A DNA stretch of 10,865 nt from Deltaproteobacteria bacterium TL4 (GTDB taxonomy: Bacteria > SAR324 > NAC60-12), in contig JBBCAX010000328.1 in NCBI GenBank assembly GCA_051382335.1, forward strand, positions 1 through 10,865, written 5' to 3'. Shown one piece after another: positions 1 to 6,231 of this stretch. The notes beneath the pieces were generated by a model. The model was not told the origin of the DNA. It did not search any database and was given only the letters and a program-made list of their open reading frames with translations. The stretch's first letter is position 1, and every line of letters begins with the position of its first letter. The translations under genes were made by a program, and so were the position numbers.

Positions 1-100
1 ACAAAGAAAAAACAAAAAAATATGAAAGAACTGTTTTTTGAGCAAGTTATTAATTTCATTAATAAAATTGCAGCGTAAAAACATTCATGCACGGGTATTG
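1..100 (+). mobile_element. Right end of a probable insertion sequence interrupting fadB (putative transposase C-terminus plus terminal repeat)
   Basis: FadB-like sequence stops abruptly after ...IESAGLKA (base 101), where homologues continue with G-M/F-P-x-G-P. Bases 1-80 are very AT-rich. A + strand frame is open from base 1 (TKKKQKNMKELFFEQVINFINKIAA*, stop 76-78) and ends 22 nt before the junction, as transposase genes typically do. The terminus read inward is 5'-CAATACCCGTGCATGAATG. The other end is outside the window. Confidence 0.6.
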
Positions 101-1425
101 GGCTTTCAGCCCTGCGGATTCAATCGCGCGGGGATGCTGCCCTTCCGCAAGTAAGGTCATGCCTTCCAAGGGATAATAGGAGAAAACGCGGGAAGTATAA
201 AAGCCTCGACTGTCATTGACAACAATCGGTGTTTTACGAATTTGCACCACATAATCGAAAGCACGCGCTAAAGTTTCTTGGCTTGTTTGTGCGCCAACAA
301 TAATTTCAACCAATGGCATTTTATCGACAGGAGAAAAGAAGTGGAGGCCAACAAAGTTTTTAGGACGTGAGGATTGTTTGGCCAGTCCTGTAATGGGCAG
401 TGTGGAGGTATTAGACGCAAAAACAGCAGTTTCCGCAATTTGGGCTTCAGCCTCTTGAGTCACTTGTGCTTTGAGTTCCCGGTTTTCAAATACGGCTTCA
501 ATGATCAGATCACAGCCTCGCAAAGCACTCGCCTGATCCGTTGAGACAATACGCTGGAGTGTTGCGTCCATTTTTTCCTGAGTCATGCGTCCACGACTCA
601 CTTGCTTTTCCAAAAGGTCCACTGAATACTGCTTGCCTTTTTCCGCCGCTTCTTTCGAGACCTCCTTGAGGACAACCGAGATACCCGACATCGCGCTGGA
701 ATAAGCGATTCCTGCCCCCATCATTCCTGCGCCCAAAATTCCTACTTTTTGAACTTGAGTGAGTTCAAAACCTTTAGGACGACTGCTGCCTTTTTTAATC
801 TGATTGAGTTGATACCAAAAAGCGGTAATCATGTTTTTAGAAACAGAGCTGGCAACACAGTTGGCAAAATAGCGGGATTCAATTCGAAGTCCTGTGTCAA
901 TGTCAACGGCGGCACCTTCGTAAACACAAGAAAGGATCTGTTGTGTCGCTGGAAAGTTTTTTCGAGTTTGTTTATTCAATACGGAAGGCGCCATGACCCA
1001 AAACTGGACATTCGCAGGATGTTGGTTATCACCGCCAGGCCATTTAAACTGTTTATTATCCCATGGCTGAACGGAGGCCGGATGTTCCAAAATCCATTTT
1101 TTCGCTTTTGCCCTCATCTCCGTAACATCGTTCGCCAACTCATTCACCAAGCCTTGTTTCAAAGCGGCTTCAGGGTCGAGTTCCTTTCCTTCCGCGATCA
1201 GAGGAACCGCATTTTGAATCCCAATCAACCGTGGGAGTCGTTGTGTTCCGCCCCCTCCTGGAAGTAATCCCAATTTGACCTCAGGGAGACCAATTTTGAT
1301 TTTGGGGTTGTTGATCAGAATGCGATAGTGGCAACCAAGAGCAACTTCATAGCCGCCACCCAAAGTAGTTCCGTTCAGGGCGGCAACCACAGGCACCCCT
1401 AAGGTTTCGAGCTGACGCAGGCTTG

Positions 1426-1433
1426 CTTTAAAT
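1426..1433. repeat. Target-site duplication CTTTAAAT, left copy (right copy 1727-1734)
   Basis: Identical 8-mer directly abuts both terminal inverted repeats. Confidence 0.95.
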
Positions 1434-1726
1434 GGCTCTTCGATATTTCCCGTGGTTTTTGAATGAGTATAAATACAATTAAATCAATGTATTACAAAAT
1501 ATGCGAAATTTGAGAGATGCCAAAACGAGTCAGATTTTTATCGTATTTTACATAGCAGGATCACCTATATCTCTCGCATATTGCCACTTTCTAGGTAATT
1601 CAATGTTATCTAAACCCAAAAAGTTTGTTTCAAACATACATTCTGACCTGGTTGTATTTCTTTAATTCTCTTTATATATCAGCTAGATAATCAATAATCC
1701 ATGACCACGGGAAATATCGAAGAGCC
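1434..1726. mobile_element. 293-bp MITE (non-autonomous IS derivative) with ISL3-like ends
   Basis: Perfect 23-bp terminal inverted repeats GGCTCTTCGATATTTCCCGTGGT (1434-1456) and ACCACGGGAAATATCGAAGAGCC (1704-1726). The 8-bp direct repeat CTTTAAAT flanks both ends (1426-1433, 1727-1734). The interior is about 29% GC by hand count with no transposase ORF. GGCTCT ends and 8-bp AT-rich TSDs are typical of the ISL3 family. Confidence 0.95.
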
Positions 1727-2063
1727 CTTTAAATTCGGTTACCCACGCCATCACATCCTCGGTGCCGGTAAAGTTGGAGAACAGATCAATATCGGCCCCT
1801 GCCAAAAAATCCCTTTTGCTGGAAGTTAAAATCACCCCTGCCAATTTTTCTTCGCTGGTCAGTTGTTCTATTGCTGTTTTGAAGGCGTCTTTCAAGGTAT
1901 CATTCAAAACATTTTGAGAACGATTTTCCATGTCCAGGCTCAAGGTCACAATGTTCTGAGCGTCTTTTTCATATTGGATTGTCATAATACCTCATTTCAT
2001 CAATTCACTGGGCTGAGGCCAAACCGCCAAAACCCTTGCGCTTATTTGGTTTGAAAACAGTTT

Positions 2064-3270
2064 TTACACACGTTCAATCACGGTAGCGATTCCCATTCCG
2101 CCACCCACACAGAGGGTACATAAACCGAATTGCAAGTCACGACGCTCCAATTCATCAAGAACCGTATTGAGAATTATAGCCCCTGTTGCTCCTAAGGGAT
2201 GTCCCATCGCAATGGCACCGCCATTGACGTTGACTTTTTCGGGGTCAAGATTCAAATCCCGTTGTGCTTTTAAAACAACAGCGGCAAATGCTTCGTTGAT
2301 TTCAAATAGATCGATATCTTTGATACTCAAACCTGCTTTTTTCAGAGCCTTACGAGTCGCGGGGGCAGGTCCTGTCAACATAATGGTGGGTTCATCACCA
2401 ATGACAGCCATTGACCGGAATTTTGCGCGAGGTTTTAAACCGAGTTCTTTACCTTTTTCCTTACTTCCCACCAATATCAATGCGGCACCATCCACAATTC
2501 CTGAAGAGTTCCCCGCATGATGAACATGATGGATTTGCTCCACTTTAGGATATTTTCTCAATGCGGTTGCGTCAAATCCCATTTCTCCTGGAATTTGAAA
2601 AGAGGCTTTCAACTCTCCCAACCCTTCTACAGTTGTATTGCCACGGATTAATTCATCATAAGCCAGAATGATTAAACCATTGATATCTTTGACAGGAATG
2701 ATCGATTTTTGAAAATAGCCACCTTTTGCCGCATAAGCCGCCTTTTGCTGAGAAGAAACCGCAAAGCCATCAACATCTTCCCGGCTAAAACCTTCGATAG
2801 AGGCAACTAAATCCGCGGAAATGCCTTGGGGAATAAAATCAATACCGCCATTCACTTGCGGATCCGTAAACCAGGCTCCGCCATCGCTTCCCATCGGCAC
2901 TCTGGACATCGACTCCACGCCTCCAACCACCACCAGATCCTTCCATCCCAGACATGATTTTCATAGCGCCCAGATTACTTGCTTCCAAGCCTGACGCACA
3001 AAACCGGTTTAAGGTAACACCAGCCACGGTCTGACTCCAACCAGCATACAATGAAGCCACTTTAGCGATATCCGCGCCTTGTTCTCCGACAGGCGTAACA
3101 CAACCCAAAACCACATCATCGACCTGAGACGTGTCCAAATGATTGCGTTCCTGAAGAGCTTTCAACAAAGTGGTTAACAAATTGATGGAAGGTACTTCAT
3201 TCAGGCCTCCGTTTTTCTTGCCTTTACCACGGGGGGTCCGAATGGCGTCAAAGATCAAAGCGTCGCTCAT
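2064..3270 (-). pseudogene. fadA: Acetyl-CoA C-acyltransferase (thiolase), frameshifted
   Basis: Two overlapping ORFs carry the N-terminal half (DAIRTPRGKG, catalytic NRFCASG) and the C-terminal half ([36 protein letters not shown]). ATG GAA G GAT CTG GTG has one extra base at ~2939-2942. Removing it gives ...[17 protein letters not shown]... and a 401-aa protein. GGAG RBS lies upstream of ATG 3270. Confidence 0.92.
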
Positions 3271-3342
3271 GGCTTCTCCATGTTCAAAGGGTTAGTTTAA
3301 AATGTGGAGCAATTCCACAACATCCATGGTTTGAATCCCATT

Positions 3343-5196
3343 TTACAGGTTGATATCCAAAGCATTATAATTCTTACTTTTCAACGCCTTGGCATAACTT
3401 TCAAAAGAAGGCATAACGACATCCATGTAGAACTGAATCGTTTTAATTTTATTGTCATAAAACTGAGCGCTCGAATTTTCTTTCACAAAAGACGCGACAG
3501 AACTCTCGGCAATATTTTGCTCTTTCTTCAACGAGCCCAGTTGATCTGCGGCAACCAATCCTTGTTCTAAATAGAAATATCCCGCAGTAACCGCGGAAAT
3601 ATACATCAACATGGGAGTCGCATAAAGAACCGCCCCTTCCAATCCCCGGTCACTCATCATCGACTGCATCAATTGAGCGCAATCTCCAACCGTTTCACAG
3701 TAACCTCCCCAAGTTTTGATGGCAGAACCCATCACCGCGTGATCCTGGTTTTCCTCAATCATTTTTGCGAATCGCTGCAGCAATCCCATGAACACCTGCC
3801 CATTATTAGCCATCATTTTGCGACCGACCAAGTCGAGTGCCTGGATACCGGTCGTGCCCTCATAAATGGTCGAGACTCTTAAGTCCCTGTAGAGTTGCTC
3901 CAAGGGGAAATCTTTGGTGTATCCTACTCCACCTAAAACTTGAATCCCTGTTCGAACGACATCCAATCCCACTTCACTGGCCCAACCTTTACACATGGGA
4001 GTGAGCAGCCCGACCAAACCGTCTAATTCTTTACGTTCGTTTTCGTCGGTAGCTACGGTATGGAGATCAAGAAATTGCGCTGTCGCGTAGATTAACGCAC
4101 GAATAGCCTCAACACGAGCTTTCATATTCATTAAATTGAGACGCACATCCGGATGTTCAATAATCAACACCTTTTCTGCGGTTGCGTCACGCATCTTGTT
4201 GATATGAACTCCCTGGACACGTTCTTTGGCGTAAGACAGAGCATTTTGGTAGGCGGCACTGGAAGCGCCTAATCCCAAAACAGCCGTTGCTATACGAGCT
4301 TCATTCATTAATTGAAACATGTGGCCGATACCACCACATTCTTTGCCCAGCAAATAACCATAGCAATTATCATTTTCACCGAAATTCAAAACACAGGTTG
4401 GACTGGCAAGCATCCCCATTTTGTGCTCAATGGAACCCAAGGTCACATCGTTGCTTTTTCCAATAGTGCCATCAGGATCCACATGAAATGCCGGGACAAT
4501 AAACAAGCTTAAGCCTTTAACTCCCTCTGGGTCTCCTTTAATCCGCGCAAGTACAGCGTGGATGGCATTCTTACCCAAATTGGTATCGCCATTAGTGATC
4601 CAACATTTGGTTCCTTTGATTTTGTAACGTCCGTCCCCTACACGTTCCGCAGTCGTGGTTCCTGCTCCTACATCCGAACCGGCGTTAGGTTCGCTGAGGC
4701 ACATAGTTCCTGTATATTCGCCGCTCCCCATTTTAGGGGCATAAAGAGCTTTTTGTTCCTCAGTTCCAAACGTTTCAACCAATCCCATGGCCCCTTCATT
4801 GAGGAAAAAAACTCCGGCTAAACTTACATTCGCACCTGACATCCCTTCACTCAGCGCGGTCCCTATCAACAAAGGCGCACCTTGTCCGCCATACTCAGGA
4901 TTCACACAAATATTAGCCCATCCTAATTGATAAGCTTTGCGGTAGGGTTCTTCTAAACATTTAGGAACAATGGCTCTACCGTTCACTATTTGCACCCCGA
5001 TACGATCAGACTCACTTGCCGTTGGAGCAATCGTCTGAACAGCAAAATCCAAACCTTCTTTAATCAGCAAATTGATGGTCTCTGTGTCAAAATCTTGAAA
5101 TTGGGGAAACTGGTTTAATTTTTCACCAGCTTGCAACCATTCATTCAAGGCAAATTGAATATCCTGATAGTCAATTGTTAACTCGGTGCTACTCAT
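3343..5196 (-). CDS. Acyl-CoA dehydrogenase, ~600-aa FadE5/DmdC-like class
   Basis: 617-aa uninterrupted ORF with motifs GTMCLSEPNAGSDVG, GTKCWIT, EHKMG, MNEARI, LGGVGY and IYEGTTGIQALDLVGRK. AAGGAG RBS upstream. Confidence 0.93.
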   Translation of the reverse strand: MSSTELTIDYQDIQFALNEWLQAGEKLNQFPQFQDFDTETINLLIKEGLDFAVQTIAPTASESDRIGVQIVNGRAIVPKCLEEPYRKAYQLGWANICVNPEYGGQGAPLLIGTALSEGMSGANVSLAGVFFLNEGAMGLVETFGTEEQKALYAPKMGSGEYTGTMCLSEPNAGSDVGAGTTTAERVGDGRYKIKGTKCWITNGDTNLGKNAIHAVLARIKGDPEGVKGLSLFIVPAFHVDPDGTIGKSNDVTLGSIEHKMGMLASPTCVLNFGENDNCYGYLLGKECGGIGHMFQLMNEARIATAVLGLGASSAAYQNALSYAKERVQGVHINKMRDATAEKVLIIEHPDVRLNLMNMKARVEAIRALIYATAQFLDLHTVATDENERKELDGLVGLLTPMCKGWASEVGLDVVRTGIQVLGGVGYTKDFPLEQLYRDLRVSTIYEGTTGIQALDLVGRKMMANNGQVFMGLLQRFAKMIEENQDHAVMGSAIKTWGGYCETVGDCAQLMQSMMSDRGLEGAVLYATPMLMYISAVTAGYFYLEQGLVAADQLGSLKKEQNIAESSVASFVKENSSAQFYDNKIKTIQFYMDVVMPSFESYAKALKSKNYNALDINL

Positions 5197-5268
5197 TATG
5201 ACTCCTTCAAGTTAGTTGATTTTAATGAATGCTTCACAAGGCATTCTTTCACGAAATACAGATGGTAC

Positions 5269-5680
5269 TCATCTGTGGGAACGATCTTCCTGTTTTGCGA
5301 TCTCCAGAGCTTTATCCTCCATGAGATGAGTGTACTCCTCCCACTTTCGGATAGAGTCGGGGTTTCCGCCCGTTTCAATTTCAAAGTGACACGTTTCACT
5401 TCCTGAGGGAATCGTTGTTTGAAACCAAACATCCCAGACATCATCACGGCCTTGACTGACCATAAAATCTTTTGCGGCTTCAATCATCCTCTGGACAAAA
5501 TACCGTTGAACTCGACAGAATCCATCGCCGTGTAGTGATCTTGATGGGGGCACCAATCGATATGAAAATCGACTTCCCCCTCATTTTTTATGCGGGGACT
5601 TTCCAAAGAAGCATAAGCAATACGGTTAATCACAGTCGCAAAAAAACTGATCCATTCTGTCGAACTCATATTCTCTGGAA
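5269..5680 (-). pseudogene. Frameshifted, probably 5'-truncated hypothetical protein with Cys motifs
   Basis: ORF 5484-5669 (...DFHIDWCPHQDHYTAMD) and ORF 5269-5556 (CRVQRYFVQRMIEAA...TTIPSGSETCHFEI...KALEIAKQEDRSHR) join into one protein-like sequence with a frameshift at ~5518-5530. The pattern CP...C...G-x3-C-x-F recalls V4R / ATC-hydrolase-like folds (inference only). Confidence 0.55.
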
Positions 5681-5761
5681 ATGTTTGTTAAAAGGAATTT
5701 TCTCCTCAAAAACGTCTTTGATGAATATCAACAAATCATCGGCGTCCATAACCTCGGACAT
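5666..5761 (-). pseudogene. 31-codon 5' stub of a probable PaaI/YigI-like hot-dog thioesterase
   Basis: GGGAG RBS followed by ATG 5761 gives MSEVMDADDLLIFIKDVFEEKIPFNKHFQRI*. The segment F-E-E-K-I-P-F-N-K resembles the N-terminal 'PFNxxLG' region of YigI-like thioesterases, but the expected LG and the rest of the fold are absent. Too short to appear in the ORF track. Confidence 0.5.
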
Positions 5762-5829
5762 GGCGAAACTCCCTGGTTTTTTCTGATGTAAGAATGATGT
5801 TAGTGCCTGCTAATCACTAGGTTTCAGGC

Positions 5830-5875
5830 TAATAGAATTGTATTCTGTGAATGTTCGTGGAACACTATTCTATTA
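5830..5875. promoter_or_regulatory. Pair of palindromic operator-like sites
   Basis: AGAAT-TGT-ATTCT (5834-5846) and GGAAC-ACT-ATTCT (5859-5871). The outer arms TAATAGAAT (5830-5838) and ATTCTATTA (5867-5875) are also perfectly inverted. The second site overlaps the candidate -10. Confidence 0.5.
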
Positions 5876-5889
5876 ATGATTATTGTCAA
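5862..5889 (-). promoter_or_regulatory. Candidate sigma70 promoter of the beta-oxidation operon
   Basis: Minus strand TTGACA (5889-5884), 16-nt spacer, TAGTGT (5867-5862), about 100 nt upstream of the first ATG (5761). Confidence 0.55.
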
Positions 5890-6121
5890 GGCAATAAATA
5901 CAAGCTTCAAGGCTCAGCTTTAAGGAAAATCCACAGGCAACTTGTGGTAGAATCAAAGGTGTCTCAACAAAAAAGTGTCTGGTACTTTCCTCACTTTTAC
6001 CGGGACTGAAACCTTCTGTAAAGTATGCGGACCACCGTTACAGCCAGGAAAAACTCAATTGCTAATTTATCTAGCCACGCGGCATAAGCCTTCAGTGCAA
6101 AAGCCAAGGCCATAAAGCTTC

Positions 6122-6186
6122 TTGACACTTTCTTGATATATTTTCTATGAATTTTGACACTATCCAGAGAAAGCTTCTGCTATAGT
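6122..6186 (+). promoter_or_regulatory. Phased direct repeats (candidate KdpE box) plus extended -10
   Basis: TTGACA 6122, TTGATA 6133, degenerate TCTATG 6144 and TTGACA 6154 (spacing 11/11/10 bp, T-rich spacers), followed by TG-C-TATAGT at 6178-6186. Confidence 0.55.
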
Positions 6187-6231
6187 TAAGGTTGCGTCAA
6201 CCATGTAAAAGACGATGGTGGAGTAATATTG

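Larger units (their letters stand above)
101..1985 (-). pseudogene. fadB: Multifunctional enoyl-CoA hydratase / 3-hydroxyacyl-CoA dehydrogenase (FadB/FadJ type), disrupted twice
   Basis: The N-terminal piece 1985-1727 (MTIQYEKDAQNIVTLSLD...FLAGADID) and the downstream piece have crotonase motifs (GGGYEVAL, GLPEVKLGLLPGGGGTQRL), a Rossmann GAGMMG, ASNTSTLPI and HFFSPVDKMPLVE. Removing 1434-1726 plus one TSD copy gives a continuous 528-codon frame (...AWVTEFKASLRQLETLGVPVVAALNG...) running to base 101. The C-terminal part is missing. GAGG RBS lies upstream of ATG 1985. Confidence 0.93.

Noticed and set aside
749..1267. 172-aa + strand ORF
   Set aside because: Antisense shadow of fadB with no recognisable motifs.
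1683..1726. C-terminal tail (G)LFDISRGHGLLII of the 100-aa ORF, and the GTG 'start' at 1396
   Set aside because: Both are artefacts of the MITE insertion: read-through into the TIR and an internal Val codon. They are not two real genes.
1434..1726. Self-splicing intron or programmed excision element
   Set aside because: The TIR plus 8-bp TSD architecture indicates DDE-type transposition. No group I/II intron boundary motifs or recombinase gene are visible.
1863..4821. Short + strand ORFs at 1863, 2167, 3304, 3673, 4312 and 4558
   Set aside because: All lie antisense to well-supported fad genes.
5227..5246. Inverted repeat GAATGC-N8-GCATTC upstream of the acyl-CoA dehydrogenase
   Set aside because: Only a 6-bp stem with no U-tract on the transcribed strand, and spacing differs from the operator-like sites. 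Too weak to call.
5196..5483. 95-aa minus-strand ORF, and the + strand ORF 5472-5786
   Set aside because: Alternative-frame or antisense overlaps of the frameshifted hypothetical gene; no motif support.
5890..6228. c-di-AMP (ydaO) or c-di-GMP riboswitch upstream of the potassium genes
   Set aside because: Plausible by context, but I could not find the conserved motifs of either family.
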